Positions 1 through 7,135 of a stretch of 64,000 nucleotides of DNA are shown here, piece after piece. Source of the DNA: Candidatus Kaiserbacteria bacterium (lineage in GTDB: Bacteria > Patescibacteriota > Minisyncoccia > Phycocordibacterales > UBA2100); NCBI GenBank assembly GCA_017134395.1, contig CP070993.1, positions 320,210 through 384,209 on the forward strand, given 5' to 3'. The position numbers and the translations under genes were made by a program. The notes under the pieces are model-generated. The model had not been told where the DNA came from. It saw only the letters and a program-made list of their open reading frames with translations, and did no database searches. Each line of letters starts with the position of its first letter. Positions within the stretch are counted from its first letter, which is position 1.

Positions 1-159
1 AATTCAGCTTCGCCTTCTGATACGCCAATAATCACTGGAACAGAAAGTTCTCGAGCTGCTGCCGCAATACCATTGAGCTGATTTGAGTCAGAAATATTAA
101 AGTGTCCTACCGCTACTTTGCGCTCAAGCGCATCTTGCATTACTTCTTTTAGTGTCATC
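1..159 (-). CDS. fba: class II fructose-bisphosphate aldolase, N-terminal ~53 codons only (5' part of a gene that continues off the left window edge)
   Basis: The reverse complement of 1..159 translates MMTLKEVMQDALERKVAVGHFNISDSNQLNGIAAAARELSVPVIIGVSEGEAE, with the start ATG at 157..159. This matches the conserved class II FBA N-terminus (..YAVGQFN.. / ..ILGVSEGA..). It is absent from the ORF track because the window edge truncates it. Confidence 0.6.
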
Positions 160-254
160 ATACAAAAATAGTATAACGCACCTATCCAGCTTAGAAAGTA
201 CCCTACATTGCTGTGGTACTATGTACCCATACTACGTAAAATAGACACAATACT

Positions 255-1238
255 ATGCGGTACACATTTGTAGGACTTGGAGACATCGTCACTGATGCAT
301 TCATTAAATTAAAAGACGGCGTTCATGTCGAAGAAGAAGTCACAGGAAAAGAACTCTGCATAAATTTCGGTGACAAACTAGAATATGAAGATGTAACTGT
401 TGTTGCTGCTGTTGGTAATGCACCAAATGCGAGTGTATCTGCCCACCGACTAGGTCTTTCAACTGCGCTCGTTACAGACCTTGGTGATGATGATTTTGGA
501 AAAGAGAAACTTAAAGCATTAGAGGCCGAAGGGGTCAGTACCGAATTTGTTGATGTACACGAAGGAATGCAAAGTAACTATCACTACGTGCTACGATTTG
601 GTCCGGAGAGAACTATTCTTATAAAACACCACGAATATCCGTATGCTGTTCCAGAATTTGCAGAGGCACCTGAATGGATTTATTTTTCAAGCGTTGGAGA
701 ACACGGTATCGAATACCACCACGAACTTGCTACCTATTGTAAAGAAAACAATGTAAAACTAGCATTCCAACCTGGAAGTTTTCAAATCTCTCTTGGTGCA
801 GAAAAACTGAAAGATGTATACGAAGCAGCAGAGATTTTCTTCTGCAACAAAGAAGAAGCTCAAAAGATTCTTAATAACACGAGTAATGACATGAAAGAAC
901 TTCTTGATGGAGTTCGAGCATTAGGCCCAACTATTGCTGTGGTAACTGATGGGCCAACAGGAGCCTTCGCCTCAGACGGTACAGGCTACTGGAAGATGCC
1001 CATGTATCCAGACCCAGCACCTCCAGTCGATCGTACCGGTGCGGGAGACTCATTCTCCAGCACTGTTGTTTCTATGCTTGCTGAAGGATTACCACTTCCT
1101 GAAGCGCTCCGCCGTGGTCCAATTAACTCAATGTCAGTTGTGCAACATATTGGTGCACAAAAAGGACTCCTTACCCGCGACCAGCTAGAAAAGTATGTCG
1201 AGGAGGCTCCTGAAAGTTATAAACTGGAAGAATTGTAA
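255..1238 (+). CDS. pfkB-family carbohydrate kinase (ribokinase/6-phosphofructokinase-II-like)
   Basis: 327-aa ORF. It has an N-terminal GLGDIVTD/AAVGNAPNAS Gly-rich region and the C-terminal pfkB signature DRTGAGDSFSSTVV. It lies next to fba, which suggests a sugar-phosphate kinase role (inference). Confidence 0.8.
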   Translation: MRYTFVGLGDIVTDAFIKLKDGVHVEEEVTGKELCINFGDKLEYEDVTVVAAVGNAPNASVSAHRLGLSTALVTDLGDDDFGKEKLKALEAEGVSTEFVDVHEGMQSNYHYVLRFGPERTILIKHHEYPYAVPEFAEAPEWIYFSSVGEHGIEYHHELATYCKENNVKLAFQPGSFQISLGAEKLKDVYEAAEIFFCNKEEAQKILNNTSNDMKELLDGVRALGPTIAVVTDGPTGAFASDGTGYWKMPMYPDPAPPVDRTGAGDSFSSTVVSMLAEGLPLPEALRRGPINSMSVVQHIGAQKGLLTRDQLEKYVEEAPESYKLEEL

Positions 1239-1266
1239 AAAAGGTTTCTATTGCTACTATAACTAT

Positions 1267-1725
1267 ATGAATAGACAAAAAAGTCAGCGTGGTTTTACCC
1301 TTATTGAACTCTTGGTAGTTATTGCCATTATCGGCATGCTTTCATCAGTGGTGCTTGCCTCACTTAATTCAGCACGAGAGAGTGCGCGCGATGCCCGACG
1401 TCTTGCTGATATACGTCAAATACAAACGGCACTTGAGCTTCGATTCGATGGTGTATCACCAGCAGAATATCCCGACAGTCTTTCACTACTAGTATCAGGT
1501 GGCTACATGCCCAGCATTGCAACTGATCCTCGCACTGGTATTGAGTATTATTACGACAACCTCACCAGTGCCGCAGGAGCATGTGCCACTGCAACAGGAG
1601 TATGTACAAGTTATGTGCTTGGCGCAAACTTAGAAAACACGGCTCATAACGTACTGGTGGGTGACGCTGATGGCACAGTTGGCGCTGTGACCTGTACTGA
1701 CCCAGTCTATTGTGTACGTCCTTAA
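1267..1725 (+). CDS. type IV pilin / pseudopilin-like protein with prepilin (class III) signal
   Basis: Starting at the ATG at 1267 gives MNRQKSQRG|FTLIELLVVIAIIGMLSSVVLASL. This is the canonical prepilin peptidase cleavage/N-methylation motif (G/FTLIE) followed by a hydrophobic helix. The C-terminal region is Cys-containing. The track ORF extends upstream to 1195, but 1267 is the conserved pilin start. Confidence 0.75.
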   Translation: MNRQKSQRGFTLIELLVVIAIIGMLSSVVLASLNSARESARDARRLADIRQIQTALELRFDGVSPAEYPDSLSLLVSGGYMPSIATDPRTGIEYYYDNLTSAAGACATATGVCTSYVLGANLENTAHNVLVGDADGTVGAVTCTDPVYCVRP

Positions 1726-1744
1726 AAAGCACTCTGTGAAAACC

Positions 1745-1795
1745 AAAACGAATGCCTCATCCGCCAGCTGGCGGATGAGGCATTCGTTTTGTGGC
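1745..1795. terminator. bidirectional rho-independent terminator between the convergent pilin and transketolase genes
   Basis: A perfect 19-bp stem (aacgaatgcctcatccgcc / ggcggatgaggcattcgtt) with a 4-nt loop. An A-run lies upstream and a T-run downstream (cgttttgtgg), so it can function on both strands. Confidence 0.75.
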
Positions 1796-1816
1796 ACATT
1801 TTATTCCAAGTAACCA

Positions 1817-2815
1817 CTAGGCTACTTTTTTGCGTGCAATAGCCATATGCACGGCATCAATAATAGCACTGGTGTCCAACTGATAATGTTCAATAAGTTC
1901 TTCTGGTGTTCCTGATTGTCCAAATAAATCATCAACTCCTACAAACTCTATCGGCACCGGCTCATTCTTTGCTAATACTTCAGCAACTGCTCCGCCAAGC
2001 CCGCCTGAGGCTTGATGCTCTTCTAGGGTAACCACCGCGCCAACTTCACGCGCGAGCGCAACAATAGTTTCATCATCAAGGGGTTTAATAGTATGGCTAT
2101 TAAGCACTACTGTGCCAATATCTTTTTCTTCTAATTTTTTTGCTGCAAGTAGCGCGCCGTGAAGAAGCGGGCCGCAGCCAATTATTGCAACATCAACGTT
2201 TTTACCTCGCCACATTTCATACGCCTTCCCTATTTCAAATGAAGTTTCTTCGGTCGTCATCACCGGAGTCTTTTCGCGTGCAAGTCGCATGTACGTTGGA
2301 GCCTTACTGCTAGCAATTTCTATAGTTGCCTTTTTAGCCTCGTTTGTATCACAAGGTGAAATAACTTCAATGCGTGGTATCACACGCATAATTGCCATGT
2401 CTTCAATTGCCTGATGCGTCCCTCCGTCAGGGCCAACAGAAACACCTGCATGACTTCCAATTATTTTCACAGGTTGATTATTGTAACAGATGGTTGTTCG
2501 TATTTGTTCCCAATTCCGCCCGGGAGAAAACATGGCGTATGATGTAATGAAAGGAACTTTTCCCAATGCCGCCAACCCACTTGCAACACTTGCAAGATTT
2601 TGTTCGGCGACACCAATTTGTACAAACCGCTCTGGGTACTTCTTAGCGAATGCATCCATGCGAGTTGAGCCGGTCAAATCAGCACACAGTCCAACTACGT
2701 TTTCATCAGTGTCCGCCGCTTCTACAAGACCCTCTCCAAACCCATTGCGCAGTGGTACCTGTTCTACGTCGGTATTAAATACGTTCTCATTTATGTTTTG
2801 TTTTTTATTTAACAT
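1817..2815 (-). CDS. transketolase, C-terminal subunit (pyrimidine-binding + C-terminal domains of a split transketolase)
   Basis: 332 aa. Motifs FGEGLVEAA..VVGLCADLTGSTRMDAFAKKYPERFVQIGVAEQNLASVASGLA are typical of the transketolase central and C-terminal domains. It sits immediately downstream of the N-terminal-subunit gene, separated by a 3-nt gap. Confidence 0.85.
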   Translation of the reverse strand: MLNKKQNINENVFNTDVEQVPLRNGFGEGLVEAADTDENVVGLCADLTGSTRMDAFAKKYPERFVQIGVAEQNLASVASGLAALGKVPFITSYAMFSPGRNWEQIRTTICYNNQPVKIIGSHAGVSVGPDGGTHQAIEDMAIMRVIPRIEVISPCDTNEAKKATIEIASSKAPTYMRLAREKTPVMTTEETSFEIGKAYEMWRGKNVDVAIIGCGPLLHGALLAAKKLEEKDIGTVVLNSHTIKPLDDETIVALAREVGAVVTLEEHQASGGLGGAVAEVLAKNEPVPIEFVGVDDLFGQSGTPEELIEHYQLDTSAIIDAVHMAIARKKVA

Positions 2816-2818
2816 ATA

Positions 2819-3685
2819 TTAATCGCAATCATGACACACTATCCTGTCGCCAAGCGTACGAAGTTCCTTTAGTGCCATATCTCCTTCTTCCTTACTCGGT
2901 GGTTTACCGTGCCACTGGTAATCTCGTTCAAATTCTTTCACTCCTTTTCCAGGAATAGTATGGGCGATTAATACCGAAGGCTTATCGTTTACCGCTTTCG
3001 CTTCTCCAATTGCGTCGTTAAGTGCAGTGAAATTATGTCCATCCACCTCGATAACATGCCAACCAAATGATTCCCATTTGTCTTTTAAAGGTTCAAGAGG
3101 CATGACATCCCATGTGTACCCGTCTATCTGAATACCATTCCTATCAACAATACCTATAAGGTTCTGTAGTTTTTCGCGCCCAGCGAGCATCGCACTCTCC
3201 CAAATAATTCCACAGTCTAATTCGCCGTCACCCATCAACGCATATATGTAGCTCTCTGTACTTCTCCCACTATTCATCCTTTGAGCTAATGCCATTCCCA
3301 CTGCTTGTCCGAGCCCACTCCCAAGAGGGCCAGAGCTGGCCTCTATACCAGGTAGATATTCTCTATGTGGATGCCCCTGTAGACGTGAATGCAATTTTCG
3401 TAAAGTCTTTAACTCTTCAACAGGAAAATAACCAGAACGTGCCATAGCGGCATACTGTACGGGGCAAATGTGACCGTTGGAAAGTACGAGCCTGTCTCTC
3501 TCTTCCCATTCTGGGTTTTTTGGATCATGTTTTAATGTATTGAAATACAGCAGTGTAAATACGTCTGCCATTCCAAGTGGTCCTGCAGTGTGTCCACTTC
3601 CTGCTTCAAGAAGCATTTCTATAATATCTTTACGAATAGTGTTCGCTGTCTGCTCAAGCTCTAAAACTTTTTCATTAGTTAACAT
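2819..3685 (-). CDS. transketolase, N-terminal (TPP-binding) subunit
   Basis: 288 aa. GSGHTAGPLGMADVFTLLYF...DRLVLSNGHICPVQYAAMA...MGDGELDCG is the thiamine-diphosphate-binding motif set of transketolase. Confidence 0.85.
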   Translation of the reverse strand: MLTNEKVLELEQTANTIRKDIIEMLLEAGSGHTAGPLGMADVFTLLYFNTLKHDPKNPEWEERDRLVLSNGHICPVQYAAMARSGYFPVEELKTLRKLHSRLQGHPHREYLPGIEASSGPLGSGLGQAVGMALAQRMNSGRSTESYIYALMGDGELDCGIIWESAMLAGREKLQNLIGIVDRNGIQIDGYTWDVMPLEPLKDKWESFGWHVIEVDGHNFTALNDAIGEAKAVNDKPSVLIAHTIPGKGVKEFERDYQWHGKPPSKEEGDMALKELRTLGDRIVCHDCD

Positions 3686-3731
3686 ATATCTATCCTTAGT
3701 ATAGCATCTCTAAAAACAGTATCGTTATTTA

Positions 3732-4412
3732 TTAACGCTCTATGCTTTCATTAAAAGAAGTAAGCGCTGCCACAGGATTTTCTGATTTCATAATGGCCGA
3801 ACCGACTCCAAGTAACTCAGCCCCTCTCTCAATAAGTTGCGGAACAGTATCAATCTTCACGCCTCCATCAACTGCAATAGTAATATCTGGATATCTTTCT
3901 CGTAATACAGAAATTCGTTCATACGTACGCTCATCAAATTGTTCACCCTGATACCCAATACGTGCGATGCTCATTATTTGTACTATAGAAACAGCACCAG
4001 ATTGTATTAAAGAGTCCACCACCTCTAATGGAGTGTCGAGAAGTAAAGAAACGCCTGTTTCGACTCCCTGTTCTTTCCATTCTAAAAACACCCTTTCTGC
4101 TTCCCCTGCTCTGAAGCCTTCAATTTGAGCAATAATAGTATCGGCTCCTGCCGCAATAAATCTCTCACCTACTTCTTGCGGGTGTTGCACCATTAAATGT
4201 ACATCGTAGTGAATGGAATCTGTATGAGGAAATCGCTGATCACTCAGCATTGTTTTATTGTAAGGAAAACTAAACGACGGTACGAGTTGGCCGTCCATTA
4301 CATCTATTTGTACCCTCTTAGCTACAGGAGTAATGAGCTCGAGCTGCGCTACGAGACTCTCCCACTCATCGGCCATTATTGCTGGCACGATTAAAGGATG
4401 CAGGTCTCTCAT
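3732..4412 (-). CDS. rpe: ribulose-phosphate 3-epimerase
   Basis: 226 aa. IVPAIMADEW...VQIDVMDGQLVPSFSFP...HYDVHLMV...VDGGV is the RPE TIM-barrel motif pattern. Pentose-phosphate context. Confidence 0.75.
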   Translation of the reverse strand: MRDLHPLIVPAIMADEWESLVAQLELITPVAKRVQIDVMDGQLVPSFSFPYNKTMLSDQRFPHTDSIHYDVHLMVQHPQEVGERFIAAGADTIIAQIEGFRAGEAERVFLEWKEQGVETGVSLLLDTPLEVVDSLIQSGAVSIVQIMSIARIGYQGEQFDERTYERISVLRERYPDITIAVDGGVKIDTVPQLIERGAELLGVGSAIMKSENPVAALTSFNESIER

Positions 4413-4413
4413 G

Positions 4414-4668
4414 TTAGCGACTTAAGTATGAAATTCCCAAACCTGGCTGTGGTACCAGTTCGTACTCTGAACCTCGAGGGAAAAAGATAAATGCAACAAT
4501 AACCGCAAGGACAGCAACAGCTATAAGCACCACGGTCGCCTGCTTCGTATCTTTAGCAAGACCTAATTTCATTACAAGCTTAGTAGGCCATGATTGTCGA
4601 GGACCACGCGACCCTTTATTAAATCCTGGCATCGGTTCATCAAATTGTACTCGATTGTTATTTACCAT
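4414..4668 (-). CDS. small hypothetical membrane protein (single predicted TM helix)
   Basis: 84-aa ORF packed between rpiB and rpe, with the hydrophobic stretch VVLIAVAVLAVIVAFIFF. No recognisable family. Confidence 0.3.
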   Translation of the reverse strand: MVNNNRVQFDEPMPGFNKGSRGPRQSWPTKLVMKLGLAKDTKQATVVLIAVAVLAVIVAFIFFPRGSEYELVPQPGLGISYLSR

Positions 4669-4704
4669 ACTGTAATACTATCATTGGTAAAAAGAGCACA
4701 AAAA

Positions 4705-5157
4705 TTATGTGTGGAGAACCTTCTCAATTTTTTCTATCCTTCGAACATGACGTTCGTCGTGAGTAAATTCTGTCTCAAGCCATATTTTGACTGCTTCTTG
4801 TGCGTGAGTAATATCCACGAAACGCGCTCCTATACTTAATACATTCGCATCATTATGTTCTCTTGATGCCGTCAAAACTCCCGTACCTCCCCCGTACCAG
4901 ACAACTGCACGTACCCCCTTAAATCGATTTGCAACGATTGCTTCACCCTGCCCTGAACCTCCAAAAATAATCGCTTTAGAGTCTGGATGCTGAGAAACTC
5001 TCTCTGCCGCACGTGCTATGTACTCTGGATAATCATCACCGCCTACATATTCGTGTGCACCTAAATCTTCTACTTCGTATCCAAGATCACTAACAAACAC
5101 AAGGAGTTGTTCTTTTAACTCAAAGCCTGCATGGTCAGTCGCAAAAAAAACTTTCAT
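4705..5157 (-). CDS. rpiB: ribose-5-phosphate isomerase B (RpiB/LacAB family)
   Basis: 150 aa. MKVFFATDHAGFELKE...IIFGGSGQGEAIVANRFKGVRAV is the RpiB signature. Confidence 0.85.
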   Translation of the reverse strand: MKVFFATDHAGFELKEQLLVFVSDLGYEVEDLGAHEYVGGDDYPEYIARAAERVSQHPDSKAIIFGGSGQGEAIVANRFKGVRAVVWYGGGTGVLTASREHNDANVLSIGARFVDITHAQEAVKIWLETEFTHDERHVRRIEKIEKVLHT

Positions 5158-5159
5158 AT

Positions 5160-6167
5160 CTATATATGTGAACCAGAGGTAATTACATGCTCAACTAGTG
5201 CTTGTGCATATCCTACTTCATTATCGTACCAAGCTAAAACTTTTACCAAATTCCCACCCACCACACGTGTCATACCGAGGTCAGCGATAGATGCATGTGT
5301 ATCGCCAATAATGTCAGTAGAGACCAGTGGTTCGTTTGTTACCGCAAATACCTTACTCCACCGTACATTTCCCGCAGCACTACTCAGCACTTCATTTACC
5401 TCTTCTACACTTGTATCACGTTTTGCAATAAAAGTGATGTCTGCAATAGAGCCTGAAGGAACAGGAACTCGCAATGCAATGCCATCAAATTTATCTTCGA
5501 GTTGCGTATGCGCTTGGGTTGTCGCTTTCGCAGCGCCGGTCGACGTTGGGATAATGTTCACTGCGGCAGCGCGACCTCGACGTGGGTCTTTAGCTGACGG
5601 TCCATCAACAGTTCTCTGCGTTGCAGTATAACCGTGTACTGTGTTAAGCATCGCTTTATCAATACCTATAACTTCATCAAGAATTCCTATCACGGGACTC
5701 CCAGCATTTGTTGTACACGATGCGTTCGAACTTATTTCACATGTCTCGAGGTCATCATCATTTACTCCCATAAGCACCGTTGCGCCAGTCACTCCAGCAT
5801 CTTCCGGATTATCTTTAACCGGAGCCGAAACAACGACTCGTTTAGCACCCGAAGTAAGGTGTACCTTAGCTTTTTCATAACTCGCGAATACACCTGTTGC
5901 TTCAACTACGATATCAATGTCTAAATCTCCCCATGGAAGCTTCTCTGGATCACGTTCTTGTAAAAACTCTACTGAACTAAACTGTTTTAAAATACTTTCA
6001 CCGGTCTTTCCATATACTGAATCATATGTAAGTAAGTATTCTAAATTTGATTTATCACCTAAATCATTAACAGCGACTATTTCTAACTCACTACGCATTG
6101 CTGCTAATTTAAAGAATGCGCGACCGATACGTCCAAAACCATTTATAGCTATTTTTGTCTTTTTCAT
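5160..6167 (-). CDS. gap: glyceraldehyde-3-phosphate dehydrogenase (type I)
   Basis: 335 aa. INGFGRIGRAFFK (NAD-binding), the catalytic ASCTTN motif, and WYDNEVGYA near the C-terminus. Confidence 0.9.
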   Translation of the reverse strand: MKKTKIAINGFGRIGRAFFKLAAMRSELEIVAVNDLGDKSNLEYLLTYDSVYGKTGESILKQFSSVEFLQERDPEKLPWGDLDIDIVVEATGVFASYEKAKVHLTSGAKRVVVSAPVKDNPEDAGVTGATVLMGVNDDDLETCEISSNASCTTNAGSPVIGILDEVIGIDKAMLNTVHGYTATQRTVDGPSAKDPRRGRAAAVNIIPTSTGAAKATTQAHTQLEDKFDGIALRVPVPSGSIADITFIAKRDTSVEEVNEVLSSAAGNVRWSKVFAVTNEPLVSTDIIGDTHASIADLGMTRVVGGNLVKVLAWYDNEVGYAQALVEHVITSGSHI

Positions 6168-6199
6168 AATTCTTTAATAATCAGCATTTAAACATCTTG

Positions 6200-6227
6200 A
6201 TATATGGACATCGGATGTCCATATATA
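6200..6227. repeat. REP-like hairpin palindrome, family A copy 1 (tatatggacat-cgg-atgtccatata)
   Basis: 11-bp perfect arms around a 3-nt centre. It is intergenic, between the divergent gap and RAYT genes. The centre (cgg vs ccg) is the reverse complement of copies 2 and 3, so this copy is inverted relative to them. Confidence 0.6.
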
Positions 6228-6293
6228 GGATTACCTTTCATGTTAGTACCGTTTAGTATTATTACACGTCATCCTCTTTTTCCTTCTCCTCTA

Positions 6294-6334
6294 TCCCCAC
6301 ATATATGGACATCCGATGTCCATATATGTGGGGA
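6294..6334. repeat. REP-like hairpin palindrome, family A copy 2 (41-nt perfect palindrome ccccacatatatggacat-ccg-atgtccatatatgtgggg)
   Basis: 19-bp perfect arms. It sits 18 nt upstream of the RAYT-like gene start. Confidence 0.65.
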
Positions 6335-6351
6335 TACGTTAAGATAGAATT

Positions 6352-7002
6352 ATGTTCTTCCATGTACTGAATCGTGGTGTAGAAAAACGACCTATAGTCC
6401 ACGATGATATTGACCGAATACGTTTTGTTCATGACCTTTTCATATTCAACAACAAGTGCTCTGTAGACCCAAATCATAGGCTTAAAGAAAATCCATTTGG
6501 TGACCAAGGTAGAGACCCTTTAGTGCATATACATGCGTGGTGTCTTATGGATAATCACTATCACCTACTTCTCTCTCCTGTCGATAATGATGTCGCAAAT
6601 ATTTCGCTTTTCATGAAAAAGTTAAATATGGGGTATGCAAAGTACTTTAATGAAAAATATGAGCGCTCGGGCTACCTGTGGCAAGGAAAGTACAAAAAGA
6701 TAGAAATAGAAAGAGATGCACATTTTCTCTATATCCCTTTCTATATCCATCTTAACCCGCTTGACTACACCCATCCAAATTGGCGCAACGGATCTATTAA
6801 GAATCTAAAAAAGATGTTGTCTGATTTATCTTCATATCGCTGGAGTAGTTACCTAGATTATATGGGCACCAAAAATTTTCCTTCTGTTATAGAAGAACAA
6901 ACATTACATGAAGTGCTCGGTTCGTCATCTAGTCAGAAAAAGCAAATTGCTCAAATTGTTACACAAGCAGATGTAGCTACTCTCTCGAACAACTTCGAAT
7001 AA
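6352..7002 (+). CDS. HuH-family Y1 transposase, REP-associated tyrosine transposase (RAYT) / IS200-like TnpA family
   Basis: 216 aa. The N-terminus is FHVLNRG.EKRPIV, the HuH motif is CLMDNHYHLLLSP, and the C-terminal region is GYAKYFNEKYERSGYLWQGKYK (catalytic-Tyr WQ..Y region). It is flanked on both sides by the family-A palindromes. Confidence 0.65.
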   Translation: MFFHVLNRGVEKRPIVHDDIDRIRFVHDLFIFNNKCSVDPNHRLKENPFGDQGRDPLVHIHAWCLMDNHYHLLLSPVDNDVANISLFMKKLNMGYAKYFNEKYERSGYLWQGKYKKIEIERDAHFLYIPFYIHLNPLDYTHPNWRNGSIKNLKKMLSDLSSYRWSSYLDYMGTKNFPSVIEEQTLHEVLGSSSSQKKQIAQIVTQADVATLSNNFE

Positions 7003-7052
7003 GAACCTCGTTTTGATGATTCTTTCATACGTTTATAGTGTATTCACATCGT

Positions 7053-7091
7053 ACACAAATATATGGACATCCGATGTCCATATATTTGTGT
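7053..7091. repeat. REP-like hairpin palindrome, family A copy 3 (acacaaatatatggacat-ccg-atgtccatatatttgtgt)
   Basis: 18-bp perfect arms. The outer arm sequence differs from copy 2 (acacaa vs ccccac) but is compensated on the other arm, which indicates selection for hairpin structure. It lies between the convergent RAYT and giant gene. Confidence 0.65.
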
Positions 7092-7095
7092 TGGG

Positions 7096-7135
7096 TTAAT
7101 TAAATTTAATTTAATTTAATCTTATCTTATCTTAT
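7096..7135. repeat. pentanucleotide tandem repeats (TTAAT/TAAAT)x5 followed by (CTTAT)x3
   Basis: ttaat taaat ttaat ttaat ttaat cttat cttat cttat. The last CTTAT unit overlaps the stop codon (7132..7134) and last codon of the giant gene. Confidence 0.7.

Larger units (their letters stand above)
6294..7091 (+). mobile_element. candidate REP-RAYT-REP unit (RAYT gene bracketed by cognate hairpin repeats)
   Basis: The gene at 6352..7002 is flanked by palindromes at 6294..6334 and 7053..7091 that share the core atatatggacatccgatgtccatatat. A further copy lies at 6200..6227. Confidence 0.4.

Noticed and set aside
1195-1266. Longer 176-aa version of the pilin ORF starting at 1195
   Set aside because: The extension overlaps the pfkB gene end and precedes the conserved short basic leader. 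Prepilins start a few residues before G|FTLIE, so the ATG at 1267 fits.
5131-5631. 166-aa plus-strand ORF antisense to gap
   Set aside because: It is fully embedded opposite a strongly conserved GAPDH gene. Its composition is Ser/Thr/Ala-rich, typical of antisense frames.
6262-6507. 81-aa minus-strand ORF overlapping the REP palindrome and the RAYT start
   Set aside because: It spans the 41-nt palindrome and is antisense to the conserved RAYT N-terminus. It has no motif and is most likely a chance ORF.
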